Shown here: positions 11,596-22,295 of the stretch, one piece after another | Position numbering within the stretch: position 1 is the first letter of the stretch | How the letters are laid out: every line of letters starts with the position of its first letter | Assembly (NCBI RefSeq): GCF_000143415.4 | Contig: NW_003314399.1 | Span: forward strand, 267,428-331,427 | Direction: 5' to 3' | DNA length: 64,000 nt | Origin: Selaginella moellendorffii | Taxonomy: Eukaryota > Plantae > Lycopodiophyta | Translations under genes and position numbers: made by a program | Notes under the pieces: model-generated | Databases searched by the model: none | Told to the model about the DNA's origin: nothing | The model's input: only the letters and a program-made list of their open reading frames with translations

Positions 11596-14500
11596 TCAAG
11601 GTTCTTTTAAAGATGGGCCAGGATCCGGAGGAACGTTAGGAGGAGGCATTAGTGGATCTGTAGGTGGTATTAACTCCTCCTGATCCCTTTGTACGAAGCG
11701 TTTCAGCCGTTGCACATGCACAATATCTGGAGGTTCGGCCTGTTGAACATCATATCGAACCTCATAAACTTGTGGTCCAACTTGCCGCAACACCCTATAC
11801 AATCCTTTCCATTGCGCAAGAAGCCCCTTAGATAAACCACGTACCGTAAGATGGGGAAAACGGATTAACACCAAATCATCCACTTTGTACTCTGCAGGTG
11901 GACGATGATAGGAGTTGTAGCACCGTTGTTGTCCCGCTTGTACGCGGCCTAAATGTTCGGCAGACTCTGCTCGGACAAGTGGAAGAATGCTCGTCAAATA
12001 CTGATCCCATGATCTAGCATCAGCAGCTCGTGGCAATCGCGAAGGTAAACCCAGTTCCGTTGGTAATATTAGATCATGACCATATAGGAGTTTATATGGT
12101 GAAGCACCAACAGAACTCTGCACCCCTGTAACATATGCATACCGAAGTGACGGCAAATAACCATCCCAATCCGAATGTTGAAAGTTCACATACTTCGCAA
12201 TCATCCCTTTGAATGTCCGGACGAACCGTTCCACCAGACCGTCTGATTGTGGATGATAAGCACTCATGAAAGTGTGGCATATCCTTAACTGAGACGTCAA
12301 AACATGAAATGCCTCAGCCATAAATGCGGGACCATAATCTGAAAGAATCCACTCTGGACAAGAATGCTGGAACACCACTCGATTGAGGAGGAAGTAGCCA
12401 ACAGCAGTTGCAGAGGCGCTAGCAAGAGCACCAACTTCCACCCAACGAGTCAAGTAGTCAGAAGCAATAATAACATACTCATTGCCAGCAGTCGACCGTG
12501 GAAAAGGTCCCATAAGATCAAACGCCACTAACTCAAACGGACGGCAAACCGCAATTGACTCCAACCGTCCTTCTGCAGCACGAGGGGGAGTATTACGAGC
12601 TTCACACCAAACGCAGTTACGCACATACCGGATAATATCACGTCGCATCTCCGGCCAATAGAAAGACCTGCGCAGCTTCTCGGTGACACGACGGTGTCCT
12701 ATATGCCCACCTAGAACAGGAGAATCATGGTAGGCATGGAGAAACCGCGGAATAAACACCGAAGGCACCACCAGCCGTAAATGATCATCAGGATCCGTCC
12801 CCACAAAATAAAGAAGGCCATCTTCAAAGCGATATTGAGAATGTAAATGCCGGAAAGGCAAGTCATCAGCAAGTGAGGCAAGATTCTCAAACCCATCTCG
12901 AAGCCTTCGAATCCACGGCTCAATCTTTTGAGCCTCGTGAACCTTATCAAGAGAAGGTAGATCTTGCTCTGCGCCTTGTGGACACTAAACTTCAAGGACA
13001 GCAACCGCCAACGGCACAGAATCCTCATCTAGAAAAAGGGCATCAGCATTAGCCATAGAACTCCCTGGGCGATGAACAACATCGAAATCATATATCTGAA
13101 GCTTTAAAGCCCATCGAGCCATACGACCAACCAGGTTCTTCCACTTCAATAATGAAGTAACTGCAGCATGGTCACCTTCAAGTAACGTCCGAGAACAATG
13201 TAAATATGCATTAAGTTTCTCGAAACCCCAGACTGCTGCTAAACACTCCTTCTCCGTCGTGGAGTAGTTCATCTCTGCTGGTTGTAATGTACGGCTTATG
13301 TATGCAATGGGATGGCGCTGACCAGGCACACTCGAGCTCTCTTGCATCAACACACCTCCAAGACCAATGTCAGAAGCATCCACGCGCAAAATAAAAGGTC
13401 GAGTGTAGTCAGGATATGCCAAAACTGGAGGAGTCGTCAATAGCTCTTTGAGATCCACGAACGCCCGCTCACAATCCGGAGACCACATGAAAGATGATGT
13501 TGATGATTTCAGCAACGCTCGCAATGGTGTAGTGCGATCGGAAAGATGATCCACAAAATGACCGAGATACTGCACCTTACCCAAGAAGCACTGCACATCA
13601 TTCACACACTTTGGAGTAGGGAACTTTAAAACAGCCACAAGTTTGTCAGGATCAACTTGCAAACCCTCACGAGATATACAGTACCTAAGATAAGTTGTGT
13701 CCTTGGACCCAAACACGCACTTTGACTGCTTCAGCTTTAAACCAACGTCACGTAGCTGATCCAACACTTTACAAACATCACGAACGTGCTCCTCCCACGT
13801 CCCCTCCGAGTGGATCAAGACATCATCAATGAAGTCAGTAGTCACCTCCGGCATATCACAAAGAACCTCGTCCATCATCCGCTGGAAAGTTGCTGGAGCA
13901 TTGTTCAAACCAAACGGCATCACCAAGAACTCGTACAAACCAAATGGTGTACGAAAAGCAGTCTTAAGAATATCTTCTTCGGCCATCGGTACTTGCCAAT
14001 ACCCAGAAGCAAGATCTAGCTTGGTGAACCAATGACTTCGCCCCAGACGATCCAAGAGATCAACAGTGTGAGGAAGAGGATACACATTTGGGATCGTCAC
14101 TTCGTTTAACGGACGATAGTCGATGCAGAAACGAATACTCCCATCAGGCTTCGTCACAAGATGAGGTTCATATGCCCAAGGACTCTGCAATTTCCAAATA
14201 ACACCCTTCTCTAGCATTTCCTTGACGTTCGCTCGTAAAATCTTGATCTCCTTAGGTGACCGATGATGAACAGGAACCTTGATTGGACGAGCATCCCTGG
14301 TTGGAATCGGATGACGTGTGGCAATCTTGGCCCCAGACGATAGGTCAAATTCAAAGAGATCAGAATACTCCTTCATGAGCCGGTCAACTACTGCAACACA
14401 AAGATCGTCGGAGGGATCAGAAAAGGGAAAAGCAGAACAAGATGGAAACACAGAAGGAAAGAGTGGGGGAACAAAAGTAATGGAAGCAGAGGTAGAAGTA

Positions 14501-15824
14501 GAGGGACGAAGAGGTATGGAAGTGAGAGGAATGGATGAAACATAAGGAAGTATGAGACAAGGGGGAGAAGCCTCAAAGTCACACTTGGCATGATTGCGTT
14601 GCAACCAATCTATACCAAGAATGAGGTCAAAAGCTTGACTCGGCACCACCCACAACGACTACAACTCAAGCTCAAGATCGCCCACACGCACAACCAGGTC
14701 CACCTCATCCCGTGCACATGCATGTGTACGGCCGTTGCCATAAAGAATGAAAACTGGTTCCGCCGCACGACGCAAGTGTAGACAACAACGTGTGGCAACA
14801 GGTCGAGCAATAGAAGATAAACTTGAACCTGTATCAACCAACACGGAGAGAATAATAGGAGACCTCTTGTTATAAAAACGAGCTTGGAAAGTAAACACTG
14901 GATGAACCGGTGCCGAGTGAACCCCTTGATGATACTCCCGAAAGAAAGATGGAGGGGTCACTGATTTATTCGCGCAAGGTCCCTCCGTTACTCGCGTGAC
15001 TCCTCGTTTCCCGGAGGCATCTCGGTGTTCAGACCTTCCACTGCAACAGCACCCACGGGACGTTGCTGACGCCAAGGTCTCCACCCAAGAAATGGAGGTC
15101 GCCAATCCGGAAAACGACGGCAATGCCGATAAGTATGACCAACTTCATCACACGCCCAGCAGCGAACATCACAGCCACGACCACGTCCTCACGCTTGTCC
15201 TTGGACTCGAGCAGCAGCAACATCAACCTCTATTGGAACAGGACCATCACCCATAGGAAGTGGAGCGGAAGGACGTGCAGTGAGAAGTGGAAAAGGCGAC
15301 GTCTCATAACGTTGTGCCAAGTGAAGAGCATCGTCAAGGGTGGCAGGAGCAAGTGCATGCACAAGTCCGACAAGATCTTGACGAAGTGCTGGCCACAACA
15401 TTCCTAGCTTGATCCACTCCGACATATTTGGCTCCGCACGAAGCAAAAGACTTCGGAAACAAACACCAAATTGCATCACCGACTCAGATGGCCCTTGGCG
15501 AAGATGATGTAATTGTTGGAAAGCATCATCACAATCATTGGCATGTCCGAAGGTGCGTTTGAAGACGTCCAGGAGAACACTCCAATCCCCACGAGTGGCT
15601 GCGCTCAAACCATTGTACCACTACAACGCCGTCCCTTGGAGACACGTGGGAAACTCACGCAAACATCGAGCATCATCCCAAGAATGATATGTGGCAATCA
15701 CCGTGAAGTGATCGAACCAATGGTACACATCATCCCCAGGATTCCCGCAAAAGAACTCCGGCCAAACGTGAGGATTGGCACCAAGAACAAGAGGAGTTGT
15801 ACCACGTGCTGTGAACGCCACCAT
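11596..15824 (-). pseudogene. gag-pol of the LTR element (premature stops at 15621, 15189 and 14659; frameshift near 13030)
   Basis: ORF pieces 15621-15827 and 15189-15608 share a frame that continues into CWACDEVGHTYRHC. 14659-15123 and 12985-14655 share the pol frame. Confidence 0.93.
14951..15012 (-). promoter_or_regulatory. Putative -1 programmed ribosomal frameshift cassette (G GGA AAC + H-type pseudoknot)
   Basis: Heptamer at 15012-15006 in the gag frame (CCG GGA AAC), gag stop TAA at 14988-14990, pol in the -1 frame; stems CGCGAG/CTTGCG and GGAGGG/CCCTCC. Confidence 0.75.
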
Positions 15825-16121
15825 CAATTAAGTTTGGTTGTTCAATTGCAAGCGCATAGCATCAAGCAATTGTACCAACTGCTGCTCTAGAGTCAAAGGA
15901 GGAGATTGCTGATCTGCCATGAAGATGAACGAAAAAGAAAGAGCAAAAGAAGAGCTAGAAGGAAATGGTAGATCTAGACAACGCAAAAAGCTAGATTTAA
16001 ACCAAACCCCTGAAAAAAAAAAACAAAAGAAAGAAAATGAAAAAAGCTAGATCTAGACGATGCAAAAGCTAAATCTAAACCAAAATCCCAAATCCAAACA
16101 CTTATTAGGGACAATCAAAGG

Positions 16122-16139
16122 TGCCCCTCACCTCCACCA
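16122..16139 (-). promoter_or_regulatory. Primer-binding site, tRNA-Ala-like
   Basis: TGGTGGAGGTGAGGGGCA begins 1 nt after the 5' LTR; TGGTGGAG is complementary to the ...CUCCACCA 3' end typical of tRNA-Ala. Confidence 0.75.
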
Positions 16140-16140
16140 A

Positions 16141-16305
16141 TGTGAGTGTATAGAATATGGAAAGGGAATACAGAAATGTACATATTAATTAGCCCAAAAA
16201 CCCTAACTTATATACAGGAGCGAGTGGTTCAGATTAAAACCAATCCGACGGCTACCAAAAGTCCCACTACGCTAATTTTAGTATACGGTACACTTGGCAC
16301 TCATA
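16141..16305 (-). repeat. 5' LTR (165 bp)
   Basis: tgtgagtg...cactcata with inverted ends; 11-nt deletion relative to the other LTR; followed by (TA)n. Confidence 0.92.
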
Positions 16306-17339
16306 TATATATATATATACAGTGGTATATAATTGTGAATAAGTTGCATATTTTTCATTATTTTTTTTGAAACTTCCCATATATCTTAAAATAATTAGAG
16401 TCACCTACTGCAATCTTTTCAATGTTTACACCCATTGGTGCAAATTCTAATGCACTACTATAATTTTGTATTAAATCTTTAAAATTAATTCTCTTTGGAT
16501 AAAGCATGGAAAAGGATGTGATTTTGCAATTGCTATTCTCTCATCACAACAAGAATTGAAAACACTTTCCATCATTCAAAAAGGGCCTTAAAATGTATGC
16601 ATTATTTTTCCATCTTACCAAGAATGTTGCTCACATTTACCATTTTCATTCTCTGACATTAAACCTATGTTGTTTTTTTGTTTTGTTTTTTTTTTTTTTT
16701 TGTCTCCTGCCCTACTAGGAATCATATGACAGGAATTGCCAATAGTAGACAGACTATCACGGATTTCACATATTCTACAGTTATTTTTTTTCTCACATTA
16801 GTTTTCAAACAAATCCCTGCAGAGGTATATATTCTTCTTTATTACATGTAGCATCTTCTACAATCACATCACCTTCTAAAATGGCATCCATATTTTTTTA
16901 CTTTCTCTTGCGACCCATTCCCAGTAGGGTATTCCAAATTTATATTTCTATTGTTCATAAGCAAGTGCAAGTTCTCTAGATTTCAGTAAAGCAGAATAGC
17001 ATAGATTGGTGATAGATCTGTTTTAGATCATAGATGTTTCTTATTGGTAAGAGGTTTTTTCTTTGTATTCAAGCAAACGTAACAATAGCACAATAGAATA
17101 GAGATTCCTTGAATTTGCTCTTCTTGCACGTTTCTTGATGCAAAATCCACAATTCTAGTGTTCTTAAGACATTTTTTTTCATATAACCGTACAAAACTCT
17201 TTACAAGAATAAACAAACACTAAACTGTACATATCTAGTTACATGATTGGTTTACCTTCCCGGAGTGATGGCCACCAGGATTACACATTTTCTAATTGCA
17301 CCATAACCACAGCATAGTTCTCGAACCTGGCAGTCTCGC

Positions 17340-17420
17340 CCAGACATTTTACATGATATTGCCCATACTGGACATAAGCCGAAAGCAAGCAATTCATGCA
17401 CACGTCCCAATCGAGCATCA
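17340..17420 (-). pseudogene. PPR motif remnant
   Basis: MMLDWDVCMNCLLSAYVQYG resembles the local PPR repeat consensus. Confidence 0.5.
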
Positions 17421-17475
17421 TCGTTTCCACAAGATTATGAGAACTTTATTTTATACAAGAAAGAACTTTCTATGG

Positions 17476-17700
17476 AGTCCATGAATTTGAAAAGGGAGAC
17501 GTTGCTGGCTGATGATAGCATGAATCCATTCAAGCTCACCAAGTCTTGGTGCTTGATGTGGCCGAGAACTGCAAGTTCCATCTCAAACTCGTGTATGTTT
17601 TGCGAGTGGTGATTTTAAAGCCATTTGGTCGCTGCTTTCTTGTGGTAATTCATGTGGGAGCAATGATCAACCACCAACTTGAGCATCATCTTTCTCACTG
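17476..17700 (-). pseudogene. ERECTA-family LRR-RLK kinase fragment
   Basis: Manual translation KLVV...KKAATKWL*NHHSQNIHEFEMELAVLGHIKHQDLVSLNGFMLSSASNVSLFKFMDS matches ER-type subdomains II-V (EFETEL.TLG.IKHRNLVSL.GYSLS). Confidence 0.75.
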
Positions 17701-18112
17701 GTCCTCTAAAGCTTCAACAAGCTGTTAAGAACTGTGGATTACAGTGAAGGCTCATTACATGCGTGTTATGGTATATTGCAATCCCAACATTGTGGAATTA
17801 ATCAATGGAAGAGCCAACTATATCATTGACTACATTATGAAATTTTTAGTGCCTATCACTCTAAAGTCTTGATGCTGATGCTTGTGGTTTAGGCTGCATG
17901 TCCCTCCCTTTGGAATTCTATATCCTCTAAAATATCAACACTTTATGGGATCATAGTTACTAAGGATTCTCCCACCAGTCCTATCTCACCATCTATAATA
18001 ATTTTGTCCACCTTGCCACACCAGTCAAACCACATTTCGATGTTTCCACCCTTTCCAATACAGATTTGAGTGGGGATGTTTGTTCCTGGTGATGCCACTG
18101 GACTTATAGCAG

Positions 18113-18931
18113 GTGAAGAGCAGGAATCTGCCCACTATGAAGCACGAGACCGATGGATGCAAAGAATGCAAAGTGGATCAGTGTTTGAGCGTTGACTTTC
18201 TCCCAGGTTCTGCTCTGCCGTTGATCCCACTGCTTGCATCTGCTCGTAAGGAGAAACTTATGAGAAGAATTTACCACAAGAAAAAACAGAAAGACCTCTC
18301 CAACACCAAGCCCGAAACTGAGTAGCAATGTCAAATCGAGTTTTATCACCACTGAGTTGCTGCTGCTTCCTTGGAAGAATCACACTAGGCAATTGCCATC
18401 AAACCTCTCTAGTATTAAAGAATTCACAACTTGGAGAGATGATTCAATACTCATTCTCATCCAAACCGCGAGGTTTTGCCGGAGGAGCTCCATGATCCGG
18501 CTGATTTCCTTCCCCCGATGCAACTTTGGCCTGTGCCTCGTCAATAGCCTGAGAAAACAATCCAAGAGGCTTAGCACAAGAAACAACGTAAGCGGGCATA
18601 CCTTCTGTGCCACAAAACAAGCCCAATCCAGAGAGTTGAGATGCTCGAAGCAAAACGCCGACAAGTCCAGTCGGAAGGGGTGAGTCGGAGGAAGCTCCGC
18701 AAAAGCATGCTCCCGTCGTATGTTGAGCAAAAAAATTGCAACGAGGACACCATCAAGGCCTTTCTTGCTCTCGTTGACACACACCTCATGTCGACGTCCT
18801 CAACCGGCGAGTCGTTGGTCTTGTATCTCAAGATGACGGCCGACTACAATCGCTACCTCGCCGATTTGAAGACCGGCCAACAACGCCAAGAGGCCGAACA
18901 AGCCACCCTCATGGCCTTCCAGGTCGCCCAG
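18113..18931 (+). pseudogene. Decayed chimeric reading frame ending in a 14-3-3 fragment (~18720-18931)
   Basis: LVDTHLMSTSSTGESLVLYLKMTADYNRYLADLKTGQQRQEAEQATLMAFQVAQ is the 14-3-3 core; the upstream same-frame sequence is unrelated and has several stops. Confidence 0.75.
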
Positions 18932-19507
18932 GTATTTTTTATTTTATGGTTTTCATAGCTCTTTTCTTTTGGTTTTGACAACATCTGGTTTTGAATGTGT
19001 CAGCAACCCACTTCTCGCTCTCCCTGCCGCCATGCATTTCAGCAAATACCGCCCGTCTTTCTCCAACCTGGAGAACTCTCTCAGAGATTGTTAAGATACG
19101 GGCAGCTTTGATGGCGCTTGTCAACAATGCTCTCAATTCTGGGGCTTGGAACATATCCTTCTTCACCAGCAAGCTCTGCTATGTATTCCCCTTTGCGACC
19201 AGCCATCCTATACAGTCCCAAGCGATTCAGGCCATCACTCATGTCACCCCTCTTGACTCTTCTTTAAGAAAAGCCCGTACCACTCTATCATACTCACCGT
19301 CCAATGCCAAGCAGAAGGTGGTAACCTCTGAAGCATCTAGCTTCTCCTGTAAAACATCCTAAACACGTTCTGGAAACATTTTAATTTCCTACCCTTAAGG
19401 TTGTAAGAATGACTAACATGGATGCCTATCAGAAAAGGCTTAACTCAAAAACTATCCATATAAAGTTTTATTTTTGATAAATCTCACTATCTATCTCTAT
19501 CATCTAT

Positions 19508-20896
19508 CTATTCAAATCTCAAATGTTTATTATAAAGTAGATTATTTGTACCAGGCACTACCAGGCCCAAAATCTTTTGCACAACATGGCCTCCATGTGC
19601 TACATTCTTGGAAGCCTGACACGCTCCAAGCAGGCAAGTGTACTCCAATGCACCTGGAATAAAAGGCATTGAAACAATGAGCTCTTGCGAGGCATCTAGA
19701 AATCCACCCCGTCCAAGAAGATCCAACATGCAACAAAAGTGCTGCCTTGTGTACTCCAAGCCATGATCTACACCCATTGACAAGAAGAGCGATCGCCCTC
19801 TATAAATCTCTCCTCTGTGGCTGCAAGAGATGATCACTGGAACAAAGCTTGTGGCAGTGGGGGCTTGGACTGTGGCCATGGAGTAAAAGGCCTCCAGAGC
19901 TTCGATAAATCGAGCATTCTGCGCATTAGAAGCAAGGAGAGCGTTCCAAGAAATCTCACATTGGAGCTCTGGAATGGAATCAAACATGGCCTTGGCTTTT
20001 CCTGGATGCCCGTTCGCGGCAAATGCCGCAAGCATTGCTGTTCTTGAGACAAGATCATGCCGCGGCATTTGGTCGTACACGGACTTTGCTTGCTCGATGT
20101 TTCTGGCGCTTGAATACGCGTTTAAGAGAGATGTCCAGGACAGCGTATCACGCATCGGCATTGAATCAAACAGAGTCTTTGCCTTCTCCTTTTGCCCCGC
20201 CAAGGCATTCGCGGAAAGAATTGTGTTCCAGCAGACGAGGTTCCTCTCTGGCATGGCATCAAAGACACTTTCGGCTCCATCGAGATCAAAGTTTGTGGCG
20301 TAAGAAGAGAGAAGAGCACTCCACGAGACTAGATCGCGGGAAGGAAGCTGATCAAACAAACTTACGACTTGAGATATATGCCCCGAGTGGGCATATGTCG
20401 TGAGGATCGTTGTCGCTAAAATCAGATCTAGAACTGGAATCTTCTCTAGCAGATTTTGCGACTTAGTCTTGTCACCCTTAAGAATGTACCCTGAAAATAT
20501 CGCGCTCCATGTTAGCAAGTTCCACTCCGGCATTTCATGAAACAGCCGCTCAGCGGCGAGTATATACCCAGACTGGGCATGCCCAGTCAGCATTGTTGTC
20601 CACGTCACAACGTCCCGCATTGGCACGTCATTGAAGATCTGGCTTGCGTGGCCACAGTCCCCGCTTTTGACGTAGGCTGCCAGCATGGTATTCCATGACA
20701 CGAGGCTGCGGCGTGGCATAGGATCAAAGAAAGCCCGTGACATGTCAATATGCCCATTCTGGGCATATGCTGCTAGCATGGTGTTCCACGTCACTACACT
20801 ATGATATGGCATTTGGAGAAAGTAAGACCTCGCTCGCTCAAGGTCGTGGCTTTTTACTAGCTCATGTAACACTTTGTTGGAGAAAACTAGTGTCAT
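19508..20896 (-). CDS. Intronless PLS-class PPR protein, C-terminal E region possibly truncated
   Basis: Repeated 31-aa motifs VVTWNTMLAAYAQNGH..FD.MP; terminal HFCCMLDLLGRGG...MPFIP...LLGAC. Confidence 0.88.
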   Translation of the reverse strand: MTLVFSNKVLHELVKSHDLERARSYFLQMPYHSVVTWNTMLAAYAQNGHIDMSRAFFDPMPRRSLVSWNTMLAAYVKSGDCGHASQIFNDVPMRDVVTWTTMLTGHAQSGYILAAERLFHEMPEWNLLTWSAIFSGYILKGDKTKSQNLLEKIPVLDLILATTILTTYAHSGHISQVVSLFDQLPSRDLVSWSALLSSYATNFDLDGAESVFDAMPERNLVCWNTILSANALAGQKEKAKTLFDSMPMRDTLSWTSLLNAYSSARNIEQAKSVYDQMPRHDLVSRTAMLAAFAANGHPGKAKAMFDSIPELQCEISWNALLASNAQNARFIEALEAFYSMATVQAPTATSFVPVIISCSHRGEIYRGRSLFLSMGVDHGLEYTRQHFCCMLDLLGRGGFLDASQELIVSMPFIPGALEYTCLLGACQASKNVAHGGHVVQKILGLVVPGTNNLLYNKHLRFE

Positions 20897-20951
20897 TTTT
20901 AGTCAAGGACAAACTTACATTTAGTTAACACCTTTTACCATTAATAAGAAG

Positions 20952-20965
20952 TTGCCACGTGGCAA
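20952..20965. promoter_or_regulatory. Perfect 14-bp G-box palindrome in a ~120-bp bidirectional promoter
   Basis: TTGCCACGTGGCAA between the divergent PPR (ATG 20896) and LFG (ATG 21020) genes. Confidence 0.55.
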
Positions 20966-21019
20966 GTTTGTTTTAGGGTTCTTTCCCCGTCTCCGACCAA
21001 GAAAGAGAGAGAAGAGAAA

Positions 21020-22132
21020 ATGTATGGATCAACGTCGGGCAATTTCAAAGGTGGTGGTGGCTACGCGGACATCGAGACGGGATACGAGCCCAGCGGAGCG
21101 CTCTACCCGGGCATCGATTACAGCGACAACGTCCTGCGATGGGGTTTCATCCGCAAAGTCTATGGAATCCTGAGCACCCAGATCGTTCTCACAGCTCTCG
21201 TCGCGGCGGTGATCGTCTTCTCGCAGCCCGTCGCGGATTTCTTCGCGCACAACACACTGCTCCTCGTCCTCCTCGCGCTCCTGCCTCTGATACGTAAGTC
21301 CGTGCTTCTTTTTTTGCTTTTCTTCTTTGCTTGGCTTTCTGTGATCTTGGCTTTTGTCTTCCTGCTCAAAATCTTCCTGTGATCCTGTCAAGATTTAGTT
21401 TTCCTCTGCGTCTGCTTCCTTGCAAGAACTGGTTTTCGATCCTGTCTTCCTTGGATAAACTTCATCCTCTCCTGTTCCTGATTGTTTTGTTTTCCTTTTC
21501 CTCTCAGTGCTATGCCCGCTCTACAACTATCAGCACCACCATCCGCTCAACTTGGTTCTTCTCAGCCTCTTCACGGTCTTCTTGAGCCTCTCCGTCGGGA
21601 CTTCCTGCGCCTTCATCCGAGGTAAGCAAAGCTTGTCCCGTTCCATCTGTTTTCACCCCTCGCTCCAAACGATTCTCAACCTGTTCCACTTTTTGTCCGA
21701 ATCGCAGGAGACGTCCTGCTCGAGGCCCTCATTCTCACTGCTACAGTAGCACTAGCTCTGACAGCGTACACCTTCTGGGCAGTAAAGCAAGGCCACGACT
21801 TCAGCTTCCTCAGACCATATCTCTTCGTATCGCTTGTAGTCCTCGTGCTCTGGGGGATAATCCAGGTGTGTGCATATCGGACATCCCAGCTAATCCTCTC
21901 CTGTTTTTGTGGCTTCCAGATCTTCTTTCCTCTGGGACCAGTCTCGGGGACCATCTTTGCTGCAATAACCACCGTCATCTTCAGTGCATATATAATCTAC
22001 GATACCGAGAACTTGATCAGAAGGTTCACTTTCGATGAGTATATCTGGGCTTCGGTGTCCCTGTACTTGGACATATTGAACCTTTTCTTAGCACTGCTAA
22101 ATCTTTTGCGGGGCCTCCAGTCGAATAACTGA
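21020..22132 (+). CDS. Lifeguard / BI1-like (TMBIM) membrane protein, 4 exons
   Basis: LRWGFIRKVYGILSTQ, HPLNLVLLSLFT, YIIYDTENLIRRFTFDEYIWASVSLYLDILNLF. Confidence 0.93.
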
Positions 22133-22295
22133 AACCTCTATACAATTGCCTGAAAAAATTTGTTACAGAAGAATAGAAAACAAGACTCCGAAACTGAGAA
22201 AAAAAAGAAAAAAACTAGAAGAGAACGGCGATTATTGTAACGGGAAAAAGAATCCCTTACCCACTGGCTTCTGATGTTAATGTACACTTACCTGT

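Larger units (their letters stand above)
11389..16305 (-). mobile_element. Ty3/gypsy LTR retrotransposon, ~4.9 kb, full structure but inactivated
   Basis: Order gag, CCHC, PR (VDTGS), RT (FIDD), RNase H (VDASDIGLG...EKECLA), integrase (HHCC, DDE, GPY/F-like WKGLYRV); no chromodomain; two LTRs, PBS and PPT. Confidence 0.97.

Noticed and set aside
18991-19140. Continuation of the 14-3-3 fragment
   Set aside because: Similarity is too weak; the minus strand looks at least as coding-like.
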